This document shows positions 51,471 through 63,538 of a stretch of DNA of 64,000 nucleotides, in pieces. Within the stretch, counting starts at the first letter, position 1, and each line of letters begins with the position of its first letter. Below the pieces are notes generated by a model. That model was not told the DNA's origin, did no database searches, and saw nothing but the letters and a program-made list of their open reading frames with translations. This DNA is from Carcharhinus amblyrhynchos. Lineage: Eukaryota. Both the position numbers and the translations under genes were made by a program. The stretch covers positions 10,416,001 to 10,480,000 of the forward strand of contig OZ336880.1 of the NCBI GenBank assembly GCA_965287045.1, written 5' to 3'.

Positions 51471-54400
51471 TCAGTTCCACATTCCCGCCCTCTCCCCATA
51501 ACTCTTAATCCCCTTGCCTATCAAAAACCTATCAACCCGCGTCTTAAAAATATTCAGCGAGGCAGCCTCCACCACTTCAACAGGCAGAGAATTCCAGAGA
51601 TTCACCACCCTTTGAGTGAAGAAGTTCCTCCTCAACTCCGTTCTAAACCGCCCCCGCCTTTATCTTGAGGCTGTGCCCTCTAGTCCTACTGTCCTTTCTG
51701 AGCGGGAAGAGCCTCTCCACCTCTATCCTATCCATCCCATTCAACATCTTATATGTCTCAATGAGATCCCCCCTCATTCTTCTAAACTCTAACGAGTACA
51801 AGCCTAGTTTATTCAGCCTCTCCTCATAGTTCCACCCCCTCAACTCCGGAATCAGCCTAGTAAACCTCCTCTGCACTCCCTCCAAGGCCAAAATATCCTT
51901 GTGTAAGTGCGGCAACCAAAACTGCACACAGTACTCCAGCTGCGGCCTCACCAGTGCCCTATACAGCTGCAGCAAGACCTTCCTACTTTTATATTCAATC
52001 CCCCTCACTATGAAGGCCAGCATCCCATTTGCCTTCCTGACCACCTGCTGCCCCTGCAGGCTGGGTTTTTGCGACTCATGCACAAGGACCCCGAGGTCCC
52101 TCTGCACCGTCGTCGCCTGCTGCAGTTTTTCGCCACGTAAGTAATAGTCCTTTCTACCATTATTCCTACCAAAGTGGACAACCTCACATTTGCCAACATT
52201 AAATTCCATTTGCCAGTTCCTGGCCCATTCTCCCAGCCTATCTAGATCCTTCTGCAGACTCTCCACCCCCTCCGCACAATTTGCCGTTCCACCAATCTTG
52301 GTGTCATCAGCAAATTTCGACACCATACACTCAGTTCCCTCCTCCAGATCATCTATATAAATGGTAAATAGCTGAGGCCCCAGCACCGACCCCTGGGGCA
52401 CTCCACTAGTCACCAACCACCAATCCGCATAGCACCCATTGACCCCCACTCTCTGCCTCCTATTTGACAGCCAATCCCCTATCCACGCTAACACCCTACC
52501 CCCAACTCCATGCCGCCTGACCTTCTGTAATAACCTCTTGTGAGACACCTTGTCAAACGCCCTCTGAAAATCAAGAAACACCACATCCACCGGCTCTCCC
52601 CTATCCACCGCCCAAGACACATCCTCATAGAACTCCAATAAATTCGTCAGACACGACTCCCCTTAACGAAACCGTGCTGCATCTGCTCTACCAGACAATT
52701 CTCCTCAAGATGCCTCGCTATTTTCTCCTTGATCCTTAAGAATGGTAGGAAGGACTATTACTTACGGGGCGAAAAACTGCAGCAGGCGACGGAGCAGAGG
52801 GACCTCGAGGTCCTGGTGCATGAGTCACAAAAACCCAGCTTGCAGGTGCAGCACGTGGTCAGGAAGGCGAATGGGATGCTGGCCTTCATAGCGAGGGGGA
52901 TTGAATATAAAAGTAGGGAGGTCTTGCTGCGGCTGTATAGGGCATTGGTGAGGCCGCAGCTGGAGTACTGTGTGCAGTTTTGGGCGCCGCACCTGCGCAA
53001 AGATATTTTGGCCTTGGAGGGAGTGCAGAGGAGGTTTACTAGGCTGATACCGGAGTTGAGGGGGTTGAGCTATGAGGAGAGGCTGAATAAACTGGGCTTG
53101 TACTCGTTAGAGTTTAGAAGAATGAGGGGAGATCTCATTGGGACGTATAAGATGATGAATGGGATGGATAGGATAGAGGTGGAGAGACTCTTCCCGCTCA
53201 AAAAAGATAGTAGGACTAGGGGGCCCAGCCTCAAGATAAAAGGGGGGTGGTTTAGAACGGATTTGAGGAGGAACTTCTTCACTCAAAAGGTGGTGAATCT
53301 CTGGAATTCTCTGCCCGTTGAAGTGGTGGAGGCTGCCTCGCTAAATATTTTTAAGACGTGGGTTGATGGGTTTTTATGAGAGAGGGGATTAAGGGTTATG
53401 GGGAGAGGGCAGGAATGTGGAACTGAGCCACGACAGATCAGCCATTATCTTATTGAATGGCGGGGCAGGCTCGAAGGGCTAGATGGCCTACTCCTGCTCC
53501 TATTTCTTATGTTCTTATGTTATCACGGATTCTGACACTTTTCCTACAACATACGTTAAACTAACCGACCTATAATTCCCCGCCTTTTGCCTGCCACCTT
53601 TCTTAAACAACGGCGTAACATTAGCCGCTTTCCAATCTTCCGGCACTTCCCCAGAATCCAGCGACGTTTGGAAAATAATCACCAAGGCATCCACTATCAC
53701 CTCCGCCATTTCTTTCAGAACCCTTGGATGCATTCCATCCGGTCTTGGGGACTTGTCCACAATCAGTCCCTCCAGTCTGTCGAGCACCGCCTCTCTATTA
53801 ACAATAATGTCATCCAGGCCCTCCACTCCTACCATCTTTCCATCGCTAACACCTGGCAAATTATTCACGTCCTCCTCCGTAAGACCGAAACAAAAAAGTT
53901 ATTCAAGGCCTCAGCCATTTCCCCATCCCCTACCACTAAGTCCCCCCTCTCATCCTCTAAGGGTCCAACGTTCACCCTAGCCAGCTTCTTGCTTTTTATA
54001 TATTTATAAAAACTCTTGCTATCCTTTTTTATATTAAGCGCTAGCCCAGCTTCATAGTTTCTCCTACCCTTCTTTATCAACTTCTTTGTCAATCTTTGTT
54101 GACATTTAAACCTCTCCCAATCCTCTTCTCGCCCACTACTCTTTGCTACTCTAAACGCCTCTGCTTTTAATTTAACACTTTCCTTCACCTCCTTCGTTAT
54201 CCACGGCTGATTATCTCTCCTCCTACGGTCCTTTTTGACCATCGGAATAAGTTTCTGCTGAGCACCAAGAAAGATGTCCTTAAAGATCCTCCACTGTTCC
54301 TCAGCAGACCTACCTTCCAACGCGCTCCCCCAATCAACATTCACCAATTCCTCTCTCATCCTACCATACTCCCCTCTGTTCAAACAAAGGACACATGTCC

Positions 54401-55241
54401 GGGAACCCACTTTCTCCTCCTCCATCTGCATCAGAAACTCCACCATACAATGATCACTCTTCCCAAGAGGATCCTTCACCACAAGGTCCCTAATTCTACC
54501 CGCCTCATTACATAACACCAGATCCAAGATAGCTCGCTCCCTCGTCGGCTCCAACACACACTGTTCGAGGAAACTATCCCGGCAGCATTCCAAGAATTCC
54601 TCCTCGAGCCCACCGCGTCCAACATGGGTCGACCAATCAATATGTAGATTGAAATCCCCCATAATTATCGCCGTCCCATTCCTGCACACCGCATTTATTT
54701 GCGCGTTAACAGCCCGCCCCACCTCCAGATCATTATTTGGGGGCCTATAAACGACACCCACCAGCGTCTTCCTCCATTTGCTGTTCCTAATCTCCACCCA
54801 TAACGATTCCACTTTCTGCTCTTTGGTTCCTATATCATCCCTTACTATCACCCTGATGCTATCCTTAATCAGCAGAGCTATGCCCCCCCCCCCTTTTTCC
54901 TCCTGCCTATCCTTCCGAAACACTTGATACCCCTGGACATTCAGCTCCCAGTCCCTGTCACCTTGCAGCCACGTCTGTGTAATGGCCACCAGATCATATC
55001 CATTTGTGCTGATCTGCGCCACCAGCTCATCCACTTTATTCCGAATGCTTCGTGCATTCAGGTAAAGTGCCTTCATCCCAGTCTTCACCTGTACCCTATT
55101 TGCCAGAACGCCACCAACCATACTCACGCCCCCTAGTCCTTTTATTATTGGGACATCTTTGGCCTCCTCCCTTACCTGCACCCTCTCCTTAACTTTAGAC
55201 CCTGTAATGTCACCTACCCTCGCACCCCCCCCCCCCCTCAA
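51471..55241 (-). pseudogene. CR1 ORF2: APE endonuclease + reverse transcriptase, frameshifted and interrupted
   Basis: YLNARS, GVVYRPP, GDFN, SDH (53865-55241); NYRSVSL (53515-53868); [12 protein letters not shown] (51643-52638). Confidence 0.95.
52738..53521 (+). mobile_element. 5'-truncated CR1 inserted antisense inside the full-length CR1
   Basis: ORF 52729-53379 plus tail ttcttatgttcttatg; host sequence ..ccttgat | cacggattc continues across it (compare ccttgatgacggattc at ~30987). Confidence 0.95.
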
Positions 55242-56217
55242 TTAGTTTAAAGCCCTAACTACAGTCCTATTTACATGATTCGCCAGGACTCTGGTCCCAG
55301 CACGGTTCAGACCAACCCCATCCCACCTGAACAGGTCCCACCTACCCCAATACTGATGCCAATGCCCCATAAATTCAAACCCATTCCTCCCACACCAATC
55401 CCTGAGCCACCCATTCACTTCCTTAATCTTATCAACCCTACACCCGTCTGCACTTGGTTCAGGCAGTAGTCCGGAGATGACCACCTTGTCGGTTCTACTT
55501 TTTAATTCCATTCCCAGCTTCTCATACTCCCTCCCCAGATCCTCAGTTCGCATTTTGCCTACGTCATTGGCACCCACATGCACTACAATGACTGGATTCT
55601 CACCCTCCTACTCCAGGTTCCTCTGCAGCCCAGATGCGACATCCTGGACCCGAGCACCAGGCAGACAACACACCCTTCTGTGCACTTTGTCATTGTGACA
55701 AAGGACAGTGTCAATACCCTTAACCACACTATCCCCAATTACTACTACGTTCCTTTTCACCTTCTCTTTGCCTATGACCTGTGTCTGCATCACTGTACCA
55801 TGTGCAGTTTGCTCACCAAGCTCACAGCCCTCGTTCTCGTCCACACTGGAAGCAAGAACCTCAAACCTGTTATGCAGATTAAGAGGCTGAGGCATTTGGT
55901 CCCTACCCTCCTTCCTCCGCTCCCCACCCTCCTTCCTCCGCTCCCCACCCTCCTTCCTCTCAGCAGCCCCCTCCTGTTCCTGACCCTTAGAGTTAGCCAG
56001 TCTAGGGGGGGGTGGATGTCTCTTGCACCCCATTGTCAATGGCACCCTCCCTCCCCCTGATGAGCCTCAGTGTCTGTAGCTCAGAGGCCAGCTCATCTAC
56101 CTTGAGCTGGAGCTCCTCCAGCAATCAGCACTTACTGCAGACATGGTCACATGGAAGGACCCTGGGGTCCACCAGCTCCCACATCATACAGAAAGAGCAC
56201 ATCACATGCCCCTCCAT
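55242..56217 (-). pseudogene. CR1 ORF1: Cys zinc finger / leucine zipper + SGNH(GDSL)-fold esterase
   Basis: MEGHVMCSFC..HVCSKC*LLEELQLKVDELASEL; VVIGDS, LPGA, HVGAND and DGVGLN blocks; internal stop and frame disruptions. Confidence 0.9.
55900..55958. repeat. 21-bp tandem repeat x3 in the ORF1 linker (RKEGGER)
   Basis: accctccttcctccgctcccc repeated. Confidence 0.9.
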
Positions 56218-57143
56218 TATTCCCTGTAGTAATATTGCACAGTTTCAACACAAACTTACCTGGCCCTTTTCTCCAAAGCCCTTTGATCCTAAGCCCTAGT
56301 AGCTCACTCAGCTTCCCTCTCACTCCGCTGCCCGCTGTCTACACCAGGCCTCCTTTTAAACCTGGCGCTGTTTAAAAGCCTGCTTACCCACAAATCCCTG
56401 CTATCCACTCCCTTTGAATTCTTAAAGCGGTAAACACAAAAAGCCCGTGAAAATGCTTTTAAATAATTTAAACAGTTCTACAAGGTAAGTTCTTACTACA
56501 CACTAAAAAGCCTGCGAAAATGCTTTAAACTTATTTAAACAGGTTTTAAACAGGTAATTTCTTACCTGACTCTCTGCTTCTTCACTCGCCTGCTCCAGCA
56601 AACAATGGAAATATCTGCTTTCTTTAATTAATTATTTGTTTGCTGCATTATCAGGTTATTCAGCAAGATTGATCTTTCACAAGCATATTTACAGATGAAT
56701 ATAGCAGCTGAATCTCAACCATTGCTTACCATCATTATTCATAAAGGTCTTTTTCATTATAAAATATTGCTTTATGGAAAAAAACATCCTCTTCCAAAAG
56801 CCAATGGATCAGATTTTAAATGGTCTCTCTGGTGTACAATGTTATCTGGATGATACTCTAATTGCAGGATCCAGTGAACAAGAGCACTTGAATAATTTAG
56901 AAGCAATATTGGAACATCTTTAAGCATATGGTCTGCGTATCAAGGAAGAAAAATGTGATATTTCCAGACATCAGTCCAGTATTTAGGTCATGTTACTGAT
57001 AGTAAACGCCGACACACCTAAAAATTATGGGAGCTATCTTAGAATACCATGTCCAATGAATGTGATGTCATTAATGTCCTTTCTAGGATTAGTAAAATAT
57101 TATTGCAAATTTGATGCTAACTTACCTACGTTATTGAAACGAT

Positions 57144-60100
57144 TGCAAAATGAGGATCTGGGGAGGGAATATGAAAAGCTGGGAATGGAATTAAAAAGTA
57201 GAACCGACAAGGTGGTCATCTCTGGGCTACTGCCTGAACCGAGTGCAGACGGGCGTAGGGTTGATAGGATTAAGGAAGTGAATGGGTGGCTCAGGGATTG
57301 GTGTGGGAGGAATGGGTTTGAATTTATGGGGCACTGGCATCAGTATTGGGGTAGGTGGGACCTGTTCGGGCGGGATGGGGTTGGTCTGAACCGTGCTGGG
57401 ACCAGAGTGCTGGCAAATCGTGTAAAGAGGACAGGGCTTTAAACTAATTTGGGGGGGGGGGGGGGGGGGGGCAGGGTGTGAGGGTAGGTGACATTACGGG
57501 GTCTAAAGTTAAGGAGACGATACAGGTAAGGATAGAGGCCGAGGATGTCCCAATAATAGAGGGAGTAAGGGGCGTGAGTATGGTTGGCGGCGTTCCAGCA
57601 AATAAGGTCCAGGTGAAGGCTGGGATGAAGGCTCTTTATCTGAATGCGCGTAGCATTAGGAATAAAGTGGATGAGTTGGTGGCGCAGATCGACACAAATG
57701 GCCATTACAGATATGTGGCTGCAAGGTGACAGGGACTGGGAGCTGAATGTCCAGGGGTATCAAGTGTTTAGGAAGGATAGGCGGGAGGGAAAAGTGGGGG
57801 GCGTAGCTCTGCTGATTAAGGACAGCATCAGGATGGTAGCAAGGGATGATATTGGAGCCAAGGAGCAGAACGTGGAATCGTTGTGGGTAGAGATTAGGAC
57901 AGCAAAGGGAGGAAGAACGCTGGTAGGTGTCGTCTATAGGCCTCCGAATAATGATCTGGAGGTGGGGCGGGCTGTTAACGCGCAAATAAGTGAGGCGTGC
58001 AGGAATGGGACGGCCGTAGTTATGGGGGATTTCAATCTGCATATTGATTGGTCGACCCATGTTGGACGCGGTGGGCTCGAGGAGGAGTTCTTGGAATGCT
58101 GCCGGGATAGTTTCCTGGAACAGTGTGTGTTGGAGTCGATGAGGGAGCGAGCTATCTTGGATCTGGTGCTATGTAATGAGGCGGGTAGAATTAGGAAACT
58201 TGCAGTGAAGGATCCTCTTGGGGAGAGTGATCATTGTATGGTGGAGTTTCTGGTGCAGATGGAGGAGGAGAAAGTGGGTTCCCAGACGCACGTCCTTTGT
58301 TTGAACAGAGGGGAGTACGGTAGGATGAGAGAAGAATTGGCGAATGTGGACTGGGGGAGCGCGTTGGAAGGTAGGTCTGCTGAGGAGCAGTGGAGGATCT
58401 TTAAGGACATCTTTCTTGGTGCTCAGCAGAAATTTATTCCGATGGTCAAAAAGGACCGTAGGAGGAGAGGTAATAAGCCGTGGATAACGAAGGAGGTGAA
58501 GGAAAGTGTTAAACTAAAAGCGGAGGCGTTTAGAGTAGCTAAGAGTAGTGGGCGAGAAGGGGATTGGGAGAGGTTTAAATGTCAACAAAGATTGACAAAG
58601 AAGTTGATAAAGAAGGGTAGGAGAAACTATGAAGCTGGGCTAGCACTTGATATAAAAAAGGATAGCAAGAGTTTTTATAAATATATAAAAAGGAAGAGGC
58701 TGGCTAGGGTGAACGTTGGTCCCTTAGAGGATGAGAAGGGGGACTTAGTGGCAGGGGATGGGGAAATGGCTGAGGTCTTGAATAACTTTTTTGTTTCGGT
58801 CTTCACGGAGGAGGACGTGAATAATTTGCCGGGTGTTAGAGATGGAAAGGTGGTAGGACTGGAGGGTCTCGATGACATTACTGTTACTAGAGAGGTGGTG
58901 CTCGACAGACTGGAGGGACTGATTGTGGACAAGTCCCCAGGACTGGATGGAATGCATCCGAGGGTCCTGAAAGAAATGGCGGAGGTGATAGTGGACGCCT
59001 TGGTGGTTATTTTCCAGACATCGCTGGATTCCGGGGAAGTGCCGGAAGATTGGAAAGCGGCTAATGTTACGCCGTTGTTTAAGAAGGGTGCCAGGCAAAA
59101 GGCGGGAATTATAGGCCTGTTAGTTTAACGTCTGTTGTAGGTAAAATGTTAGAATCCGTCATCAAGGAGGAAATAGCGAGGCATCTTGAGGGGAACTGCT
59201 TGATAGAGCAGACGCAGCACGGTTTCGTTAAAGGGAAGTCATGTCTGACAAATTTACTGGAGTTCTATGAGGATGTGTCTAGGGCAGTGGATAGAGGAGA
59301 GCCGGTGGATGTGGTCTTTCTTGATTTTCAGAAGGCGTTTGACAAGGTACCTCACAAGAGGTTACTGCAGAGGGTCGGGGGCATGGAGTTGGGGGTAGGG
59401 TGTTAGCGTGGATAGAGGATTGGTTGTCAAATAGGAGGCAGAGAGTGGGGGTCAATGGGTGCTATTCGGATTGGCGGATGGTGACTAGTGGAGTGCCCCA
59501 CGGGTCGGTGCTGGGGCCAGAGCTATTTACCATTTATATAGATGATCTGGAGGAGGGAATCGAGTGTAGGGTGTCGAAATTTGCTGATGACACCAAAATT
59601 GGTGGAAAGGCAAATTGTGCGGAGGGTGGTGAGAGTCCACAGAAGGATCTGGATAGGCTGGGCGAATGGGCCAGGAAATGGCAAATGGAATTTAATGTTG
59701 GCAAGTGCGAGGTGGTCCACTTTGGTAGGAAGAATGGTAGGAAGGATTATTTCTTACGTGGAGAAAAACTGCAGCAGGCGACGGTGCAGAGGGACCTCGG
59801 GGTCCTTGTGCATGAGTCGCAAAAACCCAGCTTGCAGGTGCAGCAGGTGGTCAGGAAGGCGAATGGGATGCTGGCCTTCATCGCGAGGGGGATTGAATAT
59901 AAAAGTAGGGAGGTCTTGCTGCGGCTGTATAGGGCATTGGTGAGGCCGCAGCTGGAGTACTGTGTGCAGTTTTGGGTGCTGTACTTGCGCAAGGATATTT
60001 TGGCCTTGGAGGGAGTGCAGGGGAGGTTTACTAGGCTGATGCCAGAGTTGAGGGGGTTGAGCTATGAGGAGAGGCTGAATAAATTAGGCTTGTACTCGTT

Positions 60101-60519
60101 AGAGTTTAGGAGAATGAGGGGAGATCTCATTGAGATGTATAAGATGATGAATGGGATGGATAGGATAGAGGTGGAGAGACTCTTCCCGCTCAGAAAGGAT
60201 AGTAGGACTAGGGGGCACAGCCTCAAGATAAAGGGGGGCGGTTTAGAACGGAGTTGAGGAGGAACTTCTTCACTCAAAAGGTGGTGAATCTCTGGAATTC
60301 TCTGCCCGTTGAAGTGGTGGAGGCTGCCTCGCTAAATATTTTTAAGACGCGGGTTGATGGGTTTTTGATAAGAGAGGAGATTAAGGGTTATGGGGAGAGG
60401 GCGGGAATGTGGAACTGAGCCACGACAGATCAGCCATGATCTTATTGAATGGCGGGGCAGGCTCGAAGGGCTAGTTGGCCTACTCCTGCTCCTATTTCTT
60501 ATGTTCTTATGTTCTTATG
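57144..60519 (+). mobile_element. Young CR1 LINE, 5'-truncated within ORF1
   Basis: ORF1 C-terminus (EDLGREYEKL..DGVGLNRAG); ORF2 pieces 57478-57729, 57644-59128, 59146-59406 and 59400-60257; (ttcttatg)3 tail. Confidence 0.97.
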
Positions 60520-60721
60520 TGTGAAATAGTCATGGGACTGGACAAAAATATGTGAGAAAGTATACCCGGACGTCAAAGAATCTTTGCAGAGTCTGCAGTA
60601 TTGGCTTATTTTAACCCGAAGCTACCATTACTCCTTACTTTGACACTTCACCTTATGGAGTCAGAGCAGTTGTTTCACATTTTATGCCTTTGGGAGAAGA
60701 ACGACCAATACCAATATCTTT

Positions 60722-61189
60722 CATTTTGTTTCATCTCATTTATCCATTTTATCATCTTTCTCTCCCACTCCCATTTTTCCAATTCTCCATTCCAGTTCTC
60801 CTTCTGGCCCCCTCCCTCCGCCGCCCCCCGCCTCCCCACCCCTTCCCCCACCCACACTTCAGGGCAACTGTCACATCCCTCAGGCAGCCCCTTAATCATC
60901 TGTATCTCTGTTCTGCATTTTCTGCTATTTACATACTCTGATCACTTAATGGACACTTTTAGCACCTTCTCAGCCTTCTGTATCCTCATTTATATTCCCT
61001 TTGTCCCATTCCAACTGTTCCCCCTTCCCCCCAGGCACCCCACCTCCCACTCTCATAGTGTAAATCTCTGCTGATTATCTTTGCTCTCAGCTCTGATGAA
61101 GGGTCATCTAGACTTGAAACGTTGGCTCTATTCTCTCCCCATAGATGCTGTCAGGTCTGTTGAGATTTTCCGGCATTTTCAGTTTTTGT
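60722..61189 (+). mobile_element. Penelope-like element terminal-repeat fragment
   Basis: Pyrimidine-rich body ending in a hammerhead motif and agatgctgtcaggtctgttgagattttcc; flanked by duplicated ccaatatcttt within Gypsy RNase H codons. Confidence 0.75.
61089..61127 (+). ncRNA. Minimal type-I hammerhead ribozyme motif
   Basis: agcu-CUGAUGA-agggucaucuagacuu-GAAAC-GUU-ggcu: intact core, stems I and II, palindromic ACGU stem III. Confidence 0.75.
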
Positions 61190-63247
61190 GACCAATATCT
61201 TTTGCTTTGAATACTCTGACTACTGCTGAACCTAACTCTGCTCAACTGGAAAAAGAAGCTTTGAGTATAATATTTGGTGTAAGAATGTTTCATCATTATT
61301 TATATGATCATCATTTCACATTATTGACTGATCATCTCTTAACTACTATTTCTGAGCCATATAAATGCATATCTTCGTTAGCTGCTGGCTGATTGGAAAG
61401 ATGGTCGCTGACCTTATCTGCACACTCCTACAACATAAAGTATCATCTGAGTGCCATGCTAGTACTGATGCATTCTCATACTTACCTTTGCCTATTGAGC
61501 AGATGCCACCAAATAGTTTTGTTATTATTTTTCATTAGCAGATAATTTGCCTATGGTAGCTTCTCAAATTCAGAGACAACGCAAAAATCATCCTGTGACT
61601 GAAAAGGTGATGGATAGGCTGAAATGCACCATATGCAACCTGATTTGAAATCTACGTGTCAAGGAAGCTTGAGTTGACCATCCAAAGTGGGTATATGTTG
61701 GGGAATCTGAGGAAGCATTCCTCCTAGTTTGTGTGGAAGGTCATCCTGTGTAGTCCAGATGAAGGAATCAGCACATAGTTATTTTTGATGGCTGGATCTG
61801 GATACTCAGACTGCAAAAAAGTGGGACAGTGTCAATCTTATGCACAAATAAGAAATATACCACTATTATCTCTTTTGCAGCCTTGGGAGTGGTTAAAATG
61901 CTGTGAAAAATATTGCATGTAGATTTTTCTGGTCCACTTATAGGTTACATGTTCTTAGTCATAATTGATGCATATTCAAAGCGTCCAGAAGTTGTTATCA
62001 CAAGTCCTACTACAACTGAATAAACCATTGAAAAATTTGACAAAATTTTTGCAAGATTTTGTAAACCATAACAAATTGTTATCAATAATGATTCACAGTT
62101 TACTTCACAATTTGAGGATTATCTCAAAATATTCAGTAGATAAATATGCACCTTATCATCCACTAGCCAAGCCAATGGATTAGCTGAAAGATTTGTACAA
62201 TCTTTGAAACATTCTTTAAATGTTTCAAGAGAGCAGGGTTCATCATCATGTCATAGGAATAGCTTTTTGGCAACTTATAGAAACACTACTCCTCAACTAT
62301 ACATAGTTCATCTGTATTACTACTCTCAAAGAGGAAGTTGAGAACTATATTTTATTTGTTATTACCTCCAGAAATCTCAATGATATTTGAGCATCAACAA
62401 CAATCTCAAGTTGTTAAATGGGAAGTGAAGGCAACCCAACACTCATTTCAACAAGAAGATCAAGTGTTAATGTGTAATTGCCAAGAGCAAGAAATGGATA
62501 CCAGCCATACTTGTGGCAAAAACATGTCCAATTTCTTACATGGTTCAAACCAAAGATGAACTAGATTGGCAACACCATTCTGACCAATTGTTGTCATCTC
62601 AAAATGATTTCTCCAAATCATCTTCAGAAATACTTACTAGTGGGCCCGATTTTACCATTGCGTCCGGGCGCGAAAACATGGTAAAGTCAGGGGTGAGGCT
62701 ACTAACATGATCCGCGCCTGTGTCCAAGCAGATTGCCACTTTACCGAAACCCAGGAATGGCGGCGACCCGCTTCACGCCCGAAACAGGCATAACAGCAAT
62801 TTAAATGCATTTACATGCATTTCAATTGAATTAATGAACTGCCCGCCCAACTTTATCAGCATTTGCCCCTTTACCACCACATTCACCAATCTGGAACCGT
62901 GCCAAAATGGACCTGCTAAATCAAAATCTGAATCGGGCGCTTCATCAGTGAGGGTTGGCAAGGAGGTAAGTGCATTGCATCCGATGGCTGTCCGCTATTC
63001 ACGGGTGTCCTATTGTTGCGGCTATTTTCTGTCTCAGGTTGGTGGCGGCCTTGTGAGTGTGTAGGGGGGAGCATGGGCTGTTGCTGTGCATGGTCTCCAA
63101 TGTTTGTCTTGCAGCACGGACCTGGGTTTCAGCACTGACCTCGGGTCTTGCAGCACTGCTGGGTCCTAGCACCTCAGCTCACTTCAGGCTGAAGGATGTG
63201 CACAAAGCCCTTGCAAATAGCACTGCTGCAGCCTCTCAACTTTGTCA

Positions 63248-63455
63248 GGAGCTGTGATTGTGTGGAGCATGTGGCTGGCGGGATTGAGGGGCATGGGCTG
63301 CTATGATTGCGTGGAGCATGTGGCTGGGGGGATTGGCAGGCATGGGGGAGCTGTGATTGTGTGGAGCATGTGGCTGGGGGGGCATGGGGGGGCTGTGATT
63401 GTGTGGAGCATGTGGCTAGGGGGATTGGGGGGGCATGGGGGGGCTGTGATTGTCA
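63248..63455. repeat. ~40-50-bp minisatellite (gctgtgattgtgtggagcatgtggctgg..ggcatggg), ~4.5 units
   Basis: Directly visible; reads GAVIVWSMWL repeatedly in the ORF track. Confidence 0.9.
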
Positions 63456-63538
63456 ATGTGCTAGGGGCGAGCAGTGTTGCATGACTTCCACATTTGTTCA
63501 CCTCCAGCTCCCCCCTCCCCCGCTTTCAAAGTGGTGAG

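Larger units (their letters stand above)
51374..56610 (-). mobile_element. Near full-length CR1 LINE (5' UTR, ORF1, ORF2, 3' tail)
   Basis: All parts present; inserted in the Gypsy RT with the short duplication tatct (51369-73, 56612-16). Confidence 0.97.
50735..62640 (+). pseudogene. Degenerate Gypsy pol (PR-RT-RH-IN) split by nested insertions; pieces 50735-51373, 56611-57143, 60520-60721, 61190-62640
   Basis: MEVDTGAA protease; FSKIDLSQAYLQM and CYLDD RT; FLGLVKYY; EERPI / [14 protein letters not shown] RNase H; DAYSK and NGLAERFVQSLK integrase, in the correct order. Confidence 0.9.

Noticed and set aside
56990-57442. Gypsy RT-CR1 ORF1 fusion protein
   Set aside because: Chance in-frame junction of a 5'-truncated CR1 in an already decayed Gypsy pol
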